Shown one piece after another: positions 20,208-32,138 of a DNA stretch of 64,000 nt. The translations under genes and the position numbers were made by a program. The notes under the pieces are model-generated. The model did not search any database. It was not told the origin of the DNA and was given only the letters and a program-made list of their open reading frames with translations. The stretch lies in contig DAOUSF010000002.1 in NCBI GenBank assembly GCA_030627385.1, positions 662 to 64,661 of the forward strand. The letters are read 5' to 3'. This stretch comes from Methanosarcinales archaeon. Its GTDB lineage: Archaea; Halobacteriota; Methanosarcinia; Methanosarcinales; Methanocomedenaceae. How positions within the stretch are numbered: the stretch's first letter is position 1; each line of letters starts with the position of its first letter.

Positions 20208-21224
20208 ATGGCAAATTTACACAGACCAAGGCGAGGATCACTGGCATTCAGCCCGAGAAAAAGGGCAAAGAGCCAGATACCTACAGTGAGATCATGGTCC
20301 GAAGGAAACAAAGAGCCCAAACTGGGCGGTTTTGCCGGATATAAAGTGGGCATGACCCATGTGATCATGATGGACGATATGCCCAAAAGTCTCACCGAAG
20401 GAACGGAAATTTCCGTTCCTGTGACAGTGCTTGAAGTACCTGCAATGAAAATTGCAGCTATCAGGGTATATGGGGAAACAGGGCCATACGGCACCAAAAT
20501 ACTGGGCGAAGCATGGTCTGATGACCTTGATCCAACGTTAGACAGGAAACTGTTCACACCAAAGAAAACCAATACGAAAAAGGCACTTGAAAATATCGGG
20601 AAACTGGTTGAAGAAGGAAAGGTAGCAAACATCCATTTAATCTCTTATACACTACCGTCCCTGATAGCAGGAATCCCAAAAAAGAAGCCTGATGTGATGG
20701 AGAACAGGATAGTTGGCGGGGATATGCCCGCAAGACTTGAATATGCAACATCCTTGATTGGGAAATCAGTAGAAGTTTCTGACGTTTTCAACATCGGTGA
20801 TATGGTTGACGTATTAGCCATCACCATAGGTAAAGGTACACAGGGACCTGTGAAACGGTGGGGCATCAACCTGATGAAAAACAAACACAGCAGACAAGGC
20901 AGTCTCAGGCAGATAGGCACCCTTGGGCCATGGAACCCCTCAAGAGTGAGCTGGCGGGTACCACAACTGGGCCAGACCGGTTATCAACAGAGGACAGAGT
21001 ATAATAAACGTATCATCAAGATCGGTGAGAATGGTACGGACGTGACCCCTAAAAGCGGATTCCTGAACTACGGGGAAGTAAGCGGGAATTATTTGCTGTT
21101 AAAGGGCAGTGTTCCTGGTCCGAAAAAGCGGCTCATCAGGCTAAGACCGGCCATAAGGGGCGATAAACAGCCAACCGTTGCACCCCAGGTATCATATATC
21201 AGTGTGGAGTCAAAGCAGGGGTGA
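20208..21224 (+). CDS. rpl3: 50S ribosomal protein L3
   Basis: [33 protein letters not shown]. Confidence 0.95.
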   Translation: MANLHRPRRGSLAFSPRKRAKSQIPTVRSWSEGNKEPKLGGFAGYKVGMTHVIMMDDMPKSLTEGTEISVPVTVLEVPAMKIAAIRVYGETGPYGTKILGEAWSDDLDPTLDRKLFTPKKTNTKKALENIGKLVEEGKVANIHLISYTLPSLIAGIPKKKPDVMENRIVGGDMPARLEYATSLIGKSVEVSDVFNIGDMVDVLAITIGKGTQGPVKRWGINLMKNKHSRQGSLRQIGTLGPWNPSRVSWRVPQLGQTGYQQRTEYNKRIIKIGENGTDVTPKSGFLNYGEVSGNYLLLKGSVPGPKKRLIRLRPAIRGDKQPTVAPQVSYISVESKQG

Positions 21225-21232
21225 ATTAAAAT

Positions 21233-21988
21233 ATGAATAAAGTAAAAATTATGGATATTACAGGAGCCCCTAAAGGCGATATCGAGCTCCCTGCTGTATT
21301 TGATGAGATATACAGGCCCGACCTGATCAAGAAAGCTGTACTTGCAGCCCAGGCTAACAGGTTACAGGTATATGGTCCCACACCTTATGCCGGTATGCAG
21401 ACTTCGGCAGATAACTGGGGTCCCGGCCGCGGTGTAGCCCGTGTACCCAGGATCAAGACAGGTAATCGTGTGGCCCGTATTTCCCAGGCAAGAGGCGGCA
21501 GGAAAGCCCATCCTCCCAAGGTTGAGAAAGATTATTCTGAGAAGATCAATAAGAAGGAACGTTACAAGGCCATCAATTCGGCCATTGCAGCCACTGCAAA
21601 TACCGAACTGGTCCAAAACAGGGGACACAGGTTCGATGCTGAGTTGCCTATTGTAGCTGATGATGGGGTCCAGGATATCAAGACAACTAAAGAGGTTGTC
21701 GGGTTCATGGAAGCTATTAATGTGTACGATGATGTGATAAGGGCAAAGAACGGCAAGCATATAAGGGCAGGTGGAGGTAAGAGACGCGGACGTAAGTACA
21801 AAAAGCCCAAGAGTCTGCTTATTGTAATAGGCGAGGATAACGGCATCGTACGTGCGGCAAGGAACTTATCAGGTGTGGACGTGATCAATGTGAACAGGTT
21901 GAATGCTGAACTTCTGGCACCAGGTACCCATGCAGGCAGGCTTGTCATCTGGACAGAATCTGCTATCAATGTATTAAAGGAGGAGTGA
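21233..21988 (+). CDS. rpl4: 50S ribosomal protein L4
   Basis: Operon position. Contains [13 protein letters not shown] .. GRGVARVPR. Confidence 0.93.
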   Translation: MNKVKIMDITGAPKGDIELPAVFDEIYRPDLIKKAVLAAQANRLQVYGPTPYAGMQTSADNWGPGRGVARVPRIKTGNRVARISQARGGRKAHPPKVEKDYSEKINKKERYKAINSAIAATANTELVQNRGHRFDAELPIVADDGVQDIKTTKEVVGFMEAINVYDDVIRAKNGKHIRAGGGKRRGRKYKKPKSLLIVIGEDNGIVRAARNLSGVDVINVNRLNAELLAPGTHAGRLVIWTESAINVLKEE

Positions 21989-21991
21989 TCA

Positions 21992-22243
21992 ATGTCAGTA
22001 ATATTACATCCTTTTGTTACAGAGAAAGCCACTTTTCATATCGAGGACGAGAACAAATTGCAGTTCGTGGTTGATATCAATGCCACCAAGGGCCAGATCA
22101 AAAAAGAGATCGAGGAACTGTACGATATCCCGGTACTTTCGGTGAGAACAATGATTACTATGAAAGGGAAGAAAAAGGCAATCGTATCCTTTGAAGGCGA
22201 TAACACAGCCGGCGAACTTGCATCTAAACTTGGAATATTCTAG
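21992..22243 (+). CDS. rpl23: 50S ribosomal protein L23
   Basis: 83 aa. [10 protein letters not shown]. Operon position. Confidence 0.93.
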   Translation: MSVILHPFVTEKATFHIEDENKLQFVVDINATKGQIKKEIEELYDIPVLSVRTMITMKGKKKAIVSFEGDNTAGELASKLGIF

Positions 22244-22257
22244 GGGAGGTTAAAGAA

Positions 22258-22971
22258 ATGGGAAAGAGAATTATTTCACAGAACCGGGGCAAAGGAACAC
22301 CCACCTATCGGGCACCTTCCCACAAATTTAAGGCCCGGCTTAAACATATCAAAGTGGACAGGGACGAAACTGTCAAAGGCGAGGTCATTGAGATATTGCA
22401 CGATACTGCCAGGTCTGCACCTATTGCCAGGGTCAGCCTGGACAACGGGGAAGAACGCCTGATACTAATTCCGGAAGGCATTGCAGTTGGGCAGGAGATC
22501 GCATGCGGTATTTCCGCAGAGATACTGGCAGGTAATACGCTGCCACTGCGCGATATTCCTGAAGGCATACTGTTGTGCAATATAGAGAACAAACCCGGTG
22601 ACGGCGGGCAGCTTGCCAGGTCAAGCGGTGTGTATGCCGTACTGATTGCCCATGATGTAGGTAAGACCGTGGTGCAGATGCCCAGTGGAGCCATGAAATG
22701 GCTGAATCCCGGGTGCAAAGCTACCATTGGCGTAGTGGCAGGTGGAGGCAGGGTCGATAAGCCCTTTGTGAAGGCCGGGAAGAAATATCATAAATTAAAG
22801 ACAAGAGCAGCAAAGTATCCCAGGGTGTCTGGTGTGGCAATGAACGCCATAGATCACCCCTTTGGAGGCGGTGGATGGCAGCATCCGGGAAGACCCAAGA
22901 CTGTGAGCCGAAGAGCACCGCCAGGTAGGAAAGTCGGGTCCATTGCGGCAAGAAGAACAGGAAAGAGGTGA
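22258..22971 (+). CDS. rpl2: 50S ribosomal protein L2
   Basis: [18 protein letters not shown]. Confidence 0.95.
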   Translation: MGKRIISQNRGKGTPTYRAPSHKFKARLKHIKVDRDETVKGEVIEILHDTARSAPIARVSLDNGEERLILIPEGIAVGQEIACGISAEILAGNTLPLRDIPEGILLCNIENKPGDGGQLARSSGVYAVLIAHDVGKTVVQMPSGAMKWLNPGCKATIGVVAGGGRVDKPFVKAGKKYHKLKTRAAKYPRVSGVAMNAIDHPFGGGGWQHPGRPKTVSRRAPPGRKVGSIAARRTGKR

Positions 22972-22977
22972 TAAGGT

Positions 22978-23391
22978 ATGGCAAAAAAATCAACCACCAA
23001 ATTGCCCAAGAGAAAGGGTGAGTTTACCTATCGGGGAAAGACTCTAAGGAATCTGAAAATGTTGAGCCTGGAGGAGTTTGCACAACTCCTGCCTGCAAGA
23101 CAGCGCAGGACCATCAACCGAGGGCTTGGTGATGAACATAAGAAAATACTGAACAATATCAATGACGGAGATACCACCATCAAGACACACCTGAGGGATA
23201 TGATAATCCTTCCCGAGATGGTAGGCCTCAATCTGGAGATACACAATGGGAAGAGCTTCGAGAAGGTCGAGGTCATACCCGAGATGCTGGGACACTATTT
23301 TGGTGAGTATTCCTTTACCCGCAGGCGGGTTTCACACGGTTCGGCAGGTGTGGGAGCTACCAAGTCCAGCAAGTTCGTACCGCTGAAATAA
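22978..23391 (+). CDS. rps19: 30S ribosomal protein S19
   Basis: [22 protein letters not shown]. Confidence 0.95.
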   Translation: MAKKSTTKLPKRKGEFTYRGKTLRNLKMLSLEEFAQLLPARQRRTINRGLGDEHKKILNNINDGDTTIKTHLRDMIILPEMVGLNLEIHNGKSFEKVEVIPEMLGHYFGEYSFTRRRVSHGSAGVGATKSSKFVPLK

Positions 23392-23405
23392 TGGAGGATG
23401 ATCAG

Positions 23406-23861
23406 ATGTCAAGAATTGCTTATTCAGTGCAAGCAGACCCTGATACTACATCAAAGGCCATGGGTCATGAACTTCATATTTCACCCAGGCATTCAAGAGA
23501 GATATGCAGGGCTATCAAAGGTATGCAGACCGGACCGGCACGAAAGTACCTTGAGGATGTATCCGACCTGAAACAGGCGGTTCCGTTCAAGCGGCACAAC
23601 GACAGTATGGGACATCGCAGAGGTCCCATGGCTGCTGGCAGGTATCCACAGAAGGCTGCAAAGGAATTTGTTAAATTACTGGTAAATGCCGAAGCCAATG
23701 CCGAATATAAGGGCCTGGATTCCGACCACATGAAGATAACACATATCGCTACCAAACAGGGCCGGGTCATAAAGGGATACAGGCCGCGGGCAAGGGGCAG
23801 GTCATCTCCCAAGAACACAGAGACAGTGAATATAGAAATGATAATCCAGGAGGTGCAGTGA
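23406..23861 (+). CDS. rpl22: 50S ribosomal protein L22
   Basis: GGAGG, 8 nt, then ATG 23406. [20 protein letters not shown] is a typical N-terminus. Confidence 0.93.
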   Translation: MSRIAYSVQADPDTTSKAMGHELHISPRHSREICRAIKGMQTGPARKYLEDVSDLKQAVPFKRHNDSMGHRRGPMAAGRYPQKAAKEFVKLLVNAEANAEYKGLDSDHMKITHIATKQGRVIKGYRPRARGRSSPKNTETVNIEMIIQEVQ

Positions 23862-23863
23862 AC

Positions 23864-24901
23864 ATGGGAATAGAAAGAAAGTTCGTGCAGGACGGGCTGA
23901 CCAAGGCAAGGATCAATGAATATTTTACCAAACAGCTTGAACGTGCCGGATACGGTGGAATGGTCATCAACCGCACGCCCATGGGCACCCAGATAACATT
24001 ATTTGCAGAGAAACCGGGAATGGTCATCGGTAAAGGCGGCAAGACTATACACCGTCTTACCAGTGATATGTCCTATGTCTATAATGTAGATAATCCCCAA
24101 ATCGACGTACAGGAGATTAAGGTACCTGAACTCAATGCCCAGATGATGGCCAACCGTCTGGCCAATGCACTTGAGAGGGGATGGTACTTCAGGAAAGCAG
24201 GGCATAACATGCTTCGCAGAATAATGGATTCGGGAGCATTGGGTTGTGAGATCGTTCTGTCTGGAAAGTTCACAGGACCCAGATCCAAGGTATCCAAGAT
24301 GGTCGAAGGATATATCAAACATGCAGGTAAACCGGCTGAAGAACTGGTGGATACCGGTTTTGCCACTGCCGTGAAAAAGCTGGGTACTATCGGGTGCCGT
24401 GTACGTATTGTACAACCCGGCACTGAACTGCCAGGCAAGTTCTACATGCTAAAAGACGAAACTCCGGTTGCACCTGAGACCTCTGAACCTGAGGCAAAAC
24501 CAAAGGAAGGTATCAAAGAGGTACTGGAAAAGGCCCCTGAAGAGCCAGGTATGAAGAATATCAGACAGGTGGGCAGTGTGTGGGAACACAAACACGGTGA
24601 ACTGGACTGGCATCCCATGTCCATACCTCATCCGGTCGCTGTAGCTGCTCCGGTGACCGAGGTCGCAGAAGAGGAAACGGTAACAGCCGTTGAAGCTGAA
24701 TCTACAGTTGAAAATAAACCCACTGTTGAAGCTGAACCCACTATGGAAACAGTTGAAAAACCGGTAGATTCGCCTGATATTGAATTGCCCGAAGGTGAAC
24801 AGACACGTATCAACGATGGTGTGGAAGAACACAAACACGAAGGTTATGATTACTGGCACCCCAGTTCCAGGATGCATAAAAACAAAGGAGATGAAGAGTA
24901 A
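23864..24901 (+). CDS. rps3: 30S ribosomal protein S3 with long acidic C-terminal extension
   Basis: GGAGGTG, 8 nt, then ATG 23864. KH domain motif [11 protein letters not shown]. About 150 extra C-terminal residues. Confidence 0.93.
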   Translation: MGIERKFVQDGLTKARINEYFTKQLERAGYGGMVINRTPMGTQITLFAEKPGMVIGKGGKTIHRLTSDMSYVYNVDNPQIDVQEIKVPELNAQMMANRLANALERGWYFRKAGHNMLRRIMDSGALGCEIVLSGKFTGPRSKVSKMVEGYIKHAGKPAEELVDTGFATAVKKLGTIGCRVRIVQPGTELPGKFYMLKDETPVAPETSEPEAKPKEGIKEVLEKAPEEPGMKNIRQVGSVWEHKHGELDWHPMSIPHPVAVAAPVTEVAEEETVTAVEAESTVENKPTVEAEPTMETVEKPVDSPDIELPEGEQTRINDGVEEHKHEGYDYWHPSSRMHKNKGDEE

Positions 24902-25101
24902 TGGCAATCCTGCGAGTGGACGAGATCCGTAACCTGAGCCGGGAAGAGAAACTGGACGAACTGGAGAAACTTAATGCCGAACTTATCAGGGAACGTGCTA
25001 TTGCATCTTCAGGCGGTGCACCAGAGAACCCGGGCCGCATCGGTGAGCTGCGAAGGACCATTGCAAGGATCAAGACCATCCAGAAGGAGACCGGCGAATA
25101 A
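24901..25101 (+). CDS. rpl29: 50S ribosomal protein L29
   Basis: 66 aa. Overlaps the rps3 stop (TAATG). Operon position. Confidence 0.9.
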   Translation: MAILRVDEIRNLSREEKLDELEKLNAELIRERAIASSGGAPENPGRIGELRRTIARIKTIQKETGE

Positions 25102-25111
25102 GAGGTAATAT

Positions 25112-25447
25112 ATGCAGATATCACCCAATAACCTCATCCATCACGAGTTGATAGGGCTTGAGGTAGAGGTGGTGGATTGCACTAATCCATATCAAATAGG
25201 AATTAAAGGAAAGGTGATTGACGAAACCAGGAATATATTGAAGATCGATGTGGGCGGCGGGCATGTTAGAATGGTGCCTAAATCTCATACTGATTTCATA
25301 TTCACAATACCCGCGGGCAATGGTAGACGTTACCTGCCAGATGCCAGAGCGCGGGTCAGGGTAAAAGGAACTTTACTGCTCTCACAACCTGAAAACCGCA
25401 TTCAGACAAAGTTCAAGAAAAGCTTCAGACGAAGAAAGAATAAATAA
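25112..25447 (+). CDS. rnp1: RNase P protein component 1 (Rpp29/Pop4)
   Basis: HELIGLEVEVVDCTNPYQIGIKGKVIDETRNILKI. Canonical position between L29 and S17. Confidence 0.85.
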   Translation: MQISPNNLIHHELIGLEVEVVDCTNPYQIGIKGKVIDETRNILKIDVGGGHVRMVPKSHTDFIFTIPAGNGRRYLPDARARVRVKGTLLLSQPENRIQTKFKKSFRRRKNK

Positions 25448-25474
25448 ATATCATATAATAATGAGGAATATAAG

Positions 25475-25801
25475 ATGACACGAGACATAGGACTGGACAT
25501 TAATGCTTCTCCTGATGAGGAGTGTAATGATATCAACTGTCCATTCCATGGGACACTGCCAGTAAGAGGTCAGGTTTTTACCGGGTCAGTGGTCAGCAGT
25601 AAGATGGATAAGACAGTTGTTGTGAAGAGGACATTTGAGAAACTGGTCACTAAGTATGAGCGATATGAGAAAAGGCAGTCAAAGATGCATGCCCATAATC
25701 CCCCCTGTATCAATGCAAAAGAGGGGGATGTGGTAAAGATCGCTGAATGCAGGCCACTTAGCAAAACCAAAAAATTCGTAGTGATCGAGGTGACCGGATG
25801 A
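25475..25801 (+). CDS. rps17: 30S ribosomal protein S17
   Basis: CPFHG .. KTVVVKR .. HAHNPPC. Confidence 0.93.
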   Translation: MTRDIGLDINASPDEECNDINCPFHGTLPVRGQVFTGSVVSSKMDKTVVVKRTFEKLVTKYERYEKRQSKMHAHNPPCINAKEGDVVKIAECRPLSKTKKFVVIEVTG

Positions 25802-26196
25802 TCGGGATGAAAGCCAAGATACCCCGTGCATTGAATGCCGGTGCCAGACTGGACTGTGTGGATAATACAGGTGCCAGGCAGGTAGAGATCATTTCCGTGA
25901 AAAAATACAGGGGTGTCAAGAACAGGCATCCAAAAGCCGGAATAGGAGATATGCTGGTGGTCAGTGTAAAAAAAGGCACACCAGAGATGCGTAAGCAGAT
26001 ACTGAATGCAGTGGTGATTAGGCAGAAAAAAGAATACAGGCGTCCGGACGGACTTCGTGTTTCATTTGAGGATAATGCCGCAGTGATCACTGATCTGGAC
26101 GGTATCCCAAAAGGTACCGAGATCAAAGGGCCGGTTGCAAGGGAAGCAGCTGAAAGATTCAGTAAGATAGCCACGGCAGCTTCAATTATAGTATGA
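25798..26196 (+). CDS. rpl14: 50S ribosomal protein L14
   Basis: ATGA overlap with rps17. Contains CVDNTGAR. Confidence 0.95.
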   Translation: MIGMKAKIPRALNAGARLDCVDNTGARQVEIISVKKYRGVKNRHPKAGIGDMLVVSVKKGTPEMRKQILNAVVIRQKKEYRRPDGLRVSFEDNAAVITDLDGIPKGTEIKGPVAREAAERFSKIATAASIIV

Positions 26197-26207
26197 GGTG
26201 CTTATCA

Positions 26208-26579
26208 ATGAAGATCGAATCAAAACAACCGAGAAAACAGCGCAAAGCACGCTATAATGCGTCGCTTCACCAGCGCCAGAAATTGATGAGTGCCCAGTTA
26301 AGTCATGAACTCAGGGCCAAGTACAATAAGCGCAACATTCCTGTAAATGTGAATGATACTGTAATGGTCATGCGCGGTGACCATACCGGTACTGAAGGTA
26401 AGGTGGAACTGGTGGACTTAAAGAGAGGTATCATCGTAGTGGAAGGCGTAAGCGTGGCCAAGGCTGACGGTACAGAGGTACCCAGACCGGTACAACCGTC
26501 CAATGTAATGATAACCAAACTTGAACTCGATGACGATATAAGGAAACTTACCCTCAACAGAGGAGGCGAAGAAGAGTGA
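26208..26579 (+). CDS. rpl24: 50S ribosomal protein L24
   Basis: GAGGTG, 7 nt, then ATG 26208. SKQPRKQRK and the KOW motif. Confidence 0.9.
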   Translation: MKIESKQPRKQRKARYNASLHQRQKLMSAQLSHELRAKYNKRNIPVNVNDTVMVMRGDHTGTEGKVELVDLKRGIIVVEGVSVAKADGTEVPRPVQPSNVMITKLELDDDIRKLTLNRGGEEE

Positions 26580-27292
26580 GCAGACATCAGAAGAGAGTAG
26601 CAGCACCCAGAAGCTGGCCTATATCCAAAAAGACTAATATATGGGTGACCAAACCAAATCCGGGCCCTCACTCCCTTAAACAGGCCATACCGCTGGGTGT
26701 GCTTATCAGGGATATATTGAAATTAACAGATAATATGCGGGAGACAAAGCGTATCCTGAACGAGGGTAGCATACTGATTGACGGTATTGTGAGAAAAGAC
26801 CATAAGTTCCCTGTAGGCATCTTTGATGTAATCCAGGCCCCGAAACTGGGAATATCTTACAGGATGCTCCTGGATCCAAAGGGTCGATTAAGGCTCAACG
26901 AGCTGGATGTGGATAAACCAAAGAAACCATGCAGGATCCTAAACAAGACCACAGTCAGGGACGGTAAGGTACAGTTGAACCTTCATGACGGGACAAATAT
27001 CCTTGCCAGTAATGATTACAAAACAAGGGATACGGTTATCCTTGATATTCCTGACAAGAGTATTTACAAACACATCAAGTACGAACCAGGGAATCTGGCT
27101 GTAGTCATCGGCGGTACCCATTCAGGGCAGCTTGCCAAAATCAAGGAGATCAAGTCCGTACGCAGCAGCAGGCATAACATGGTGGTGCTGTCAAAGGATG
27201 ATGGTACACTGTTCGAGACCATTGAGAATTACGTGTTCGTAGTTGGTACTGACAAACCGGAATTCAACCTGGGAGGTGAGATCAATGAGTGA
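26576..27292 (+). CDS. rps4e: 30S ribosomal protein S4e
   Basis: GTGA overlap with rpl24. [13 protein letters not shown]. Confidence 0.93.
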   Translation: MSRHQKRVAAPRSWPISKKTNIWVTKPNPGPHSLKQAIPLGVLIRDILKLTDNMRETKRILNEGSILIDGIVRKDHKFPVGIFDVIQAPKLGISYRMLLDPKGRLRLNELDVDKPKKPCRILNKTTVRDGKVQLNLHDGTNILASNDYKTRDTVILDIPDKSIYKHIKYEPGNLAVVIGGTHSGQLAKIKEIKSVRSSRHNMVVLSKDDGTLFETIENYVFVVGTDKPEFNLGGEINE

Positions 27293-27803
27293 GAATAATG
27301 TTATGACAATACCCAGGGTAGATAAGGTCACAGTCCACATAGGCGTGGGCGAGAGCGGGGAGAGGCTCAATAAGGCAGAAGCCATTCTTAGTGAGATCAC
27401 CGGGCAGGGAGTTGTAAGGACAAAAGCCAAAAGAACACTACAAACCTTTGCCATTAAGAAGAACGAACCAATCGGGTGTAAAGTAACACTAAGGAGCAAA
27501 CTTGCAGAGAATTTCCTTAAGACCAGTCTTGGTATTATCGAAAATTCACTCAGTGAATCCCAGTTCGATAATACAGGGAACTTTAGTTTCGGGATAGAGG
27601 AACATACCGATTATGAAGGAATGAAGTATGACCCTAATATCGGTATTTATGGCATGGATGTGGCTGTGTCACTGATCAAACCGGGTTACAGGATAGGCAG
27701 GCGTAAGATTGGAAAACGAAAGATACCGAACAGTCACAGGGTGACAAAGCATGATGCCATGGCCTTTATGAATGAGTATTACGGCGTGGAGGTAGTGGCA
27801 TGA
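27285..27803 (+). CDS. rpl5: 50S ribosomal protein L5
   Basis: GGGAGGTGA precedes ATG 27285. [11 protein letters not shown]. Confidence 0.93.
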   Translation: MSENNVMTIPRVDKVTVHIGVGESGERLNKAEAILSEITGQGVVRTKAKRTLQTFAIKKNEPIGCKVTLRSKLAENFLKTSLGIIENSLSESQFDNTGNFSFGIEEHTDYEGMKYDPNIGIYGMDVAVSLIKPGYRIGRRKIGKRKIPNSHRVTKHDAMAFMNEYYGVEVVA

Positions 27804-27967
27804 ACAAAGAAACAGTCGCAGAGATCGGAAACAAGTTTGGCCGAGGGGCTAACGAGTGCCGCAGGTGCGGCCGGAAACAAGGTCTGGTAAGGAAATACGG
27901 AATATACCTGTGCAGGCAATGTTTCAGGGAAATTGCACCTGACATGGGATTTAACAAATATTCGTGA
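27800..27967 (+). CDS. rps14: 30S ribosomal protein S14 (zinc-binding type Z)
   Basis: Not in the track (55 aa). ATGA overlap with rpl5. My translation is [55 protein letters not shown], with CxxC..CxxC. Confidence 0.9.
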   Translation: MNKETVAEIGNKFGRGANECRRCGRKQGLVRKYGIYLCRQCFREIAPDMGFNKYS

Positions 27968-27977
27968 GGTGAATGGA

Positions 27978-28370
27978 ATGGTATTATTAGACCCACTGGC
28001 AGATGCACTCTCAACCATAATCAATGCCGAGAGTACAGGTAAATCCGACTGCATCATACATCCTGCATCAAAAGTGATAGGTAATGTATTGAAAGTAATG
28101 CAGGATATAGGGTACATTGGCAATTACGAGTTCATAGACGACGGCAAGTCGGGTATGATCAAAGTGGAACTTATTGGAAAGATCAACAAATGCGGAGTCA
28201 TCAAACCCAGGTCATCCGTGGGGTATCATGACTTTGAAAAATGGGAGAAACGCTATCTTCCAGCCCGTAATTTTGGTACCTTGATACTGACCACGCCTGA
28301 AGGGGTGCTGTCCCATAGTGAGGCCAGGTCCCGGGTAGTTGGCGGGCAACTGCTTGCATACGTGTACTGA
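27978..28370 (+). CDS. rps8: 30S ribosomal protein S8
   Basis: GAGGTGA upstream. [18 protein letters not shown]. Confidence 0.93.
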   Translation: MVLLDPLADALSTIINAESTGKSDCIIHPASKVIGNVLKVMQDIGYIGNYEFIDDGKSGMIKVELIGKINKCGVIKPRSSVGYHDFEKWEKRYLPARNFGTLILTTPEGVLSHSEARSRVVGGQLLAYVY

Positions 28371-28380
28371 GGTGCGTAAA

Positions 28381-28914
28381 ATGCCAAAAGATTTGAAAAG
28401 GACATTAGACATTCCCGAAGGGGTAACTGTAGTACTGGAAGGTAACACCATTTCAGTCACTGGTCCCCGGGGTTCATCTGTCCGTGAAATTTGGTATCCG
28501 GGTATTGTCATAGCGCTGGAGGATAACCAGGTTACAGTAGACTCGTCTAAACCCAGGAAAAAACAGGCAGCTATGATGGGTACAATTACATCCCATATCA
28601 ATAATATGATCAATGGTGTCACCGGTGGATATACATACAGGATGAAGATCGTATATTCACACTTCCCTATCCAGTTGAAAGTGGTAGGGGATCACCTCAA
28701 TATCGGGAATTTCCTTGGCGAGAAGAAACCGAGGAAGGCAAAGATACGGGGTAACACAAAGGTGGAGACCAAAGGTGACGAAGTGATAGTTTCTGGTATA
28801 GCTATCGAAGATGTAGGCCAGACTGCCGCTAATATCCAGCAGGCGACCAAGATAAAAAGGTTCGACCCGAGAGTATTCCAGGATGGCATATATGTAGTGG
28901 AGACGACAGCGTAG
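28381..28914 (+). CDS. rpl6: 50S ribosomal protein L6
   Basis: ATG 28381. Operon position. FPIQLKV .. FLGEKKPR. Confidence 0.93.
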   Translation: MPKDLKRTLDIPEGVTVVLEGNTISVTGPRGSSVREIWYPGIVIALEDNQVTVDSSKPRKKQAAMMGTITSHINNMINGVTGGYTYRMKIVYSHFPIQLKVVGDHLNIGNFLGEKKPRKAKIRGNTKVETKGDEVIVSGIAIEDVGQTAANIQQATKIKRFDPRVFQDGIYVVETTA

Positions 28915-28923
28915 GTGATAGTA

Positions 28924-29457
28924 ATGGAAGAAGAGATAATCAATGAATTCACTTCAATCAAAGAAGTCGACGAATCCGGGGCAAAGGTTGAGACCGGTGA
29001 AGCAGTGGAAGAAGTCGAAGCTATACCGGTAGCAGAACTTGAACTGGATACCGAATTCCAGAGACTTTTGAAGGTCAGGAAGAAGCAAAAATCCAAAAAG
29101 CCCAATTTTGTCCAGACCGATCTTCACAAGAAAAAGAGACTTAAAAATTACTGGCGGCGTCCCAAGGGATTGCATAACAAGAAACGGCGTCACATCCTTG
29201 GAAAGGGTGAAATGGCCAGGGTTGGATACGGAAGCCCAGTAGCAGTTAAGGGGCTTCATCCTTCTGGTTTCCAGGATGTGCTGATGTCCAGGGTACAGGA
29301 TCTTGATGAAATGGACCCCAGTACCCAGGCAGTTCGCATTGCCAGAACTGTGGGACAGCGCAAGCGCATGGACATTGTTAAAAAAGCCATGAGCCTGGGA
29401 CTGAAGATACTGAACCCTCCAACAGAAGTAGCTCCAATGGAAGAGGAGGTGCAGTGA
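28924..29457 (+). CDS. rpl32e: 50S ribosomal protein L32e (acidic N-terminal extension)
   Basis: KKPNFVQTD .. [13 protein letters not shown]. Start at ATG 28924 or GTG 28915. Confidence 0.9.
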   Translation: MEEEIINEFTSIKEVDESGAKVETGEAVEEVEAIPVAELELDTEFQRLLKVRKKQKSKKPNFVQTDLHKKKRLKNYWRRPKGLHNKKRRHILGKGEMARVGYGSPVAVKGLHPSGFQDVLMSRVQDLDEMDPSTQAVRIARTVGQRKRMDIVKKAMSLGLKILNPPTEVAPMEEEVQ

Positions 29458-29458
29458 G

Positions 29459-29911
29459 ATGGCTGATCTACGTAACCAGCGCAACATCGCAGCTCATGTA
29501 CTGGATGTGGGTGTCCACAGAATATGGATGGACCCGGAATCTGCTGGTGATATTGCCAATGCGATCACACGCCAGGATATAAGGGAACTCATATCAGAGG
29601 GCGTAATTAAAGCCAAACCCGTGAAGGGTGTATCCAGGGGCAGAGCCCGGAAACTGGATATTAAGCGGGCATACGGACACCGAAAGGGTCACGGTTCAAG
29701 AAAAGGAGCCAAAGGTGCACGCAATCCAAAGAAAAGACAATGGATAAAGAAAATACGCGCATTAAGAAGAAGGCTGCATGAAATGAAAGCCGATGAAATG
29801 CTGGATAAGTCCACATATAACAGGATGTACCGCAAAGCTAAAGGCGGCGTATACAGGAACGTGGCACACATGGAAGCGCATATCGAATCCCTTGAACAAA
29901 GGGAGGACTGA
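29459..29911 (+). CDS. rpl19e: 50S ribosomal protein L19e
   Basis: [34 protein letters not shown]. Confidence 0.93.
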   Translation: MADLRNQRNIAAHVLDVGVHRIWMDPESAGDIANAITRQDIRELISEGVIKAKPVKGVSRGRARKLDIKRAYGHRKGHGSRKGAKGARNPKKRQWIKKIRALRRRLHEMKADEMLDKSTYNRMYRKAKGGVYRNVAHMEAHIESLEQRED

Positions 29912-29913
29912 GA

Positions 29914-30438
29914 ATGGCAACAGGACCAAGATACAGAGTACCTTTCCGACGCAGAAGAGAGGGTAAGACCGATTATCGTCAGCGTCTTCATCTATTGATT
30001 TCAAAACAGCCCAGAATAGTGGCACGCAGGAGCCTGAACCACATGAAACTCCAGCTGGCCACACCAAAGCCTGATGGGGACAATACATGGGTTCACGCAG
30101 ATTCCAGCGAACTTGAAAAATACGGCTATACTGGTAGTACAGGTAATACACCTGCGGCGTACCTTACAGGCCTGCTCTTCGGGTATAAGGCCCAGGCAGC
30201 AGGTTATGAGAACGCCATCCTGGATATGGGATTGCAGGTCTCATCCAAAGGCTGCCGGGTATATGCTGCATTGAAAGGTGTGGTGGATTCGGGTTTCGAA
30301 GTACCCCATGACCCTGGGATATTCCCAGTGGAATCAAGGATAAAAGGTGAAGAGATCAAGGAATACACAGGTACGGATATACCTGCCCAGTTCGAGGAAG
30401 CTTTGGCAAAGATAAAAGATAAATTCGGGGAGGATTAA
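29914..30438 (+). CDS. rpl18: 50S ribosomal protein L18
   Basis: [18 protein letters not shown]. Confidence 0.93.
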   Translation: MATGPRYRVPFRRRREGKTDYRQRLHLLISKQPRIVARRSLNHMKLQLATPKPDGDNTWVHADSSELEKYGYTGSTGNTPAAYLTGLLFGYKAQAAGYENAILDMGLQVSSKGCRVYAALKGVVDSGFEVPHDPGIFPVESRIKGEEIKEYTGTDIPAQFEEALAKIKDKFGED

Positions 30439-30441
30439 ACA

Positions 30442-31062
30442 ATGGCATACAATTATGAAACGGAATGGATTCCAAAGACACGATTGGGACATCTGGTAAA
30501 AGAAGGCCAGGTAACGTCAATTGAAGAGGCCCTGTCCTCCGGACTCCCTATTAAGGAACCCCAGTTGGTAGATTCACTGCTTCCCGAACTCAAGGAGGAA
30601 GTGCTGGATATAAATATGGTCCAGAGGATGACCGATTCGGGCAGGCGTGTCAAGTTCAGGGCAGTTGTAGTAGTAGGCAATGAGGATGGTTACATAGGTC
30701 TGGGCCAGGGCAAGGATGTCCAGGTGGGACCTGCCATCAGAAAGGCCATAGATTCTGCAAAGATCAATATCATAGGTATCAGGCGGGGATGCGGTTCATG
30801 GGAGTGCGGATGCGATACAGAGCATACCGTGCCCTTTGAGGTCGTGGGTAAGATGGGCAGTGTAAAGGTCATATTGAAACCCGCACCCAGGGGTCTGGGC
30901 ATGGCAGCCGGAAAAACGGCAAAGACTGTTATGCAATTGGCAGGTATCAAGGACGTATGGACCAGGACCGAAGGGCAGACAAGGACCACTTTGAACTTTG
31001 CAAAGGCCACTTATGAAGCATTGAAAAGGACCGCAGTAGTCCGTACCGTGGGGGCAGAGTAA
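30442..31062 (+). CDS. rps5: 30S ribosomal protein S5
   Basis: [27 protein letters not shown]. Confidence 0.95.
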   Translation: MAYNYETEWIPKTRLGHLVKEGQVTSIEEALSSGLPIKEPQLVDSLLPELKEEVLDINMVQRMTDSGRRVKFRAVVVVGNEDGYIGLGQGKDVQVGPAIRKAIDSAKINIIGIRRGCGSWECGCDTEHTVPFEVVGKMGSVKVILKPAPRGLGMAAGKTAKTVMQLAGIKDVWTRTEGQTRTTLNFAKATYEALKRTAVVRTVGAE

Positions 31063-31523
31063 TGTTCACCGCGGTGCGGCTAAGAAGTACGGTCAATACC
31101 AGGCCGGAGATCAGGGATACCCTGAAGATGCTCAGGCTCAACAAGGTCAATCACTGTATTGTCATTGAAGAGAATCCACATAACAAGGGCATGATACATA
31201 AAGTGAAGGACTATGTGGCATGGGGCAATATTTCCCCACAAGCTTTATCCCAGCTTATGCGCAAGCGAGGCGAACTTAAGGGAAATGGCGCACTGGATGA
31301 TGAGTACGTTAAGGAGAATACTTCCTTTGACGGTATCGATGCACTGGCACAGGCCATCTGCTCAGGTGAAGTGTCTATCAAGGATGTCCCGATGCTAAGG
31401 CCTGTATTCAGGCTCCACCCGCCCAGGAAGGGACATAAAGGTATCAAGAAAACGGTACCAGAGGGTGGAGTACTGGGTTATCACGGTGATGATATCAATG
31501 CGCTTCTCCACAAGATGAGGTAA
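31062..31523 (+). CDS. rpl30: 50S ribosomal protein L30
   Basis: [23 protein letters not shown]. Confidence 0.92.
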   Translation: MFTAVRLRSTVNTRPEIRDTLKMLRLNKVNHCIVIEENPHNKGMIHKVKDYVAWGNISPQALSQLMRKRGELKGNGALDDEYVKENTSFDGIDALAQAICSGEVSIKDVPMLRPVFRLHPPRKGHKGIKKTVPEGGVLGYHGDDINALLHKMR

Positions 31524-31528
31524 TACTT

Positions 31529-32029
31529 ATGAAAAAGAACGTAACTAAATTCAGAGGTTCCAGGACGTGCGGAGGTGGCACACATAAGAACCGTCGCGGT
31601 GGAGGAAGTCGTGGAGGCCGGGGTAACGCGGGTGGATGCAAACACCATTTCGTGCGCAATTACATGAAAGGCATGGCATATGGCAAGCATGGGTTCAAAC
31701 GTCCATTGAAGGTCCTTTCAAGTAAACCCATTGTAAATGTGGGTGAACTGGACGAACTGGCTGAACAAATGGTGCAGTATGGTGAGGCGTATAAACAAGG
31801 CGATGTTTATCATATCAACCTGGCAGAACTGGAATACCCAATAGCAAAAGTGCTGGGTAATGGCAGGATCACCAAACCCATGGCTATCACAGTCTCTGAA
31901 TGCAGCATAAGTGCAAGGTCCAAGATCGAAGAAGCTGGCGGCAGTATAGAAGAATATGTCCCACCTGTTAAAGAAGTAGACATTGAACCGGAAGAGACAC
32001 AGAAACCAGATGTTGAAGAAGATATCTGA
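31529..32029 (+). CDS. rpl15: 50S ribosomal protein L15
   Basis: [27 protein letters not shown]. Confidence 0.93.
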   Translation: MKKNVTKFRGSRTCGGGTHKNRRGGGSRGGRGNAGGCKHHFVRNYMKGMAYGKHGFKRPLKVLSSKPIVNVGELDELAEQMVQYGEAYKQGDVYHINLAELEYPIAKVLGNGRITKPMAITVSECSISARSKIEEAGGSIEEYVPPVKEVDIEPEETQKPDVEEDI

Positions 32030-32040
32030 TTATTAATTCA

Positions 32041-32090
32041 TGGAAAGAAAGCAATAATGTTAAATTATTGTTTTTCCATTCCATATTTTT
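32041..32090 (+). terminator. Long AT-rich hairpin followed by a T-run after rpl15
   Basis: Arms GCAATAAT / ATTATTG(T) extended by A:T and G:U pairs around the loop GTTAA, then CCATATTTTT. Hand-folded only. Confidence 0.3.
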
Positions 32091-32138
32091 AATATCAAAA
32101 TCAGTTCTATTTATTAATATCAAATTTGGGTGCATTTT

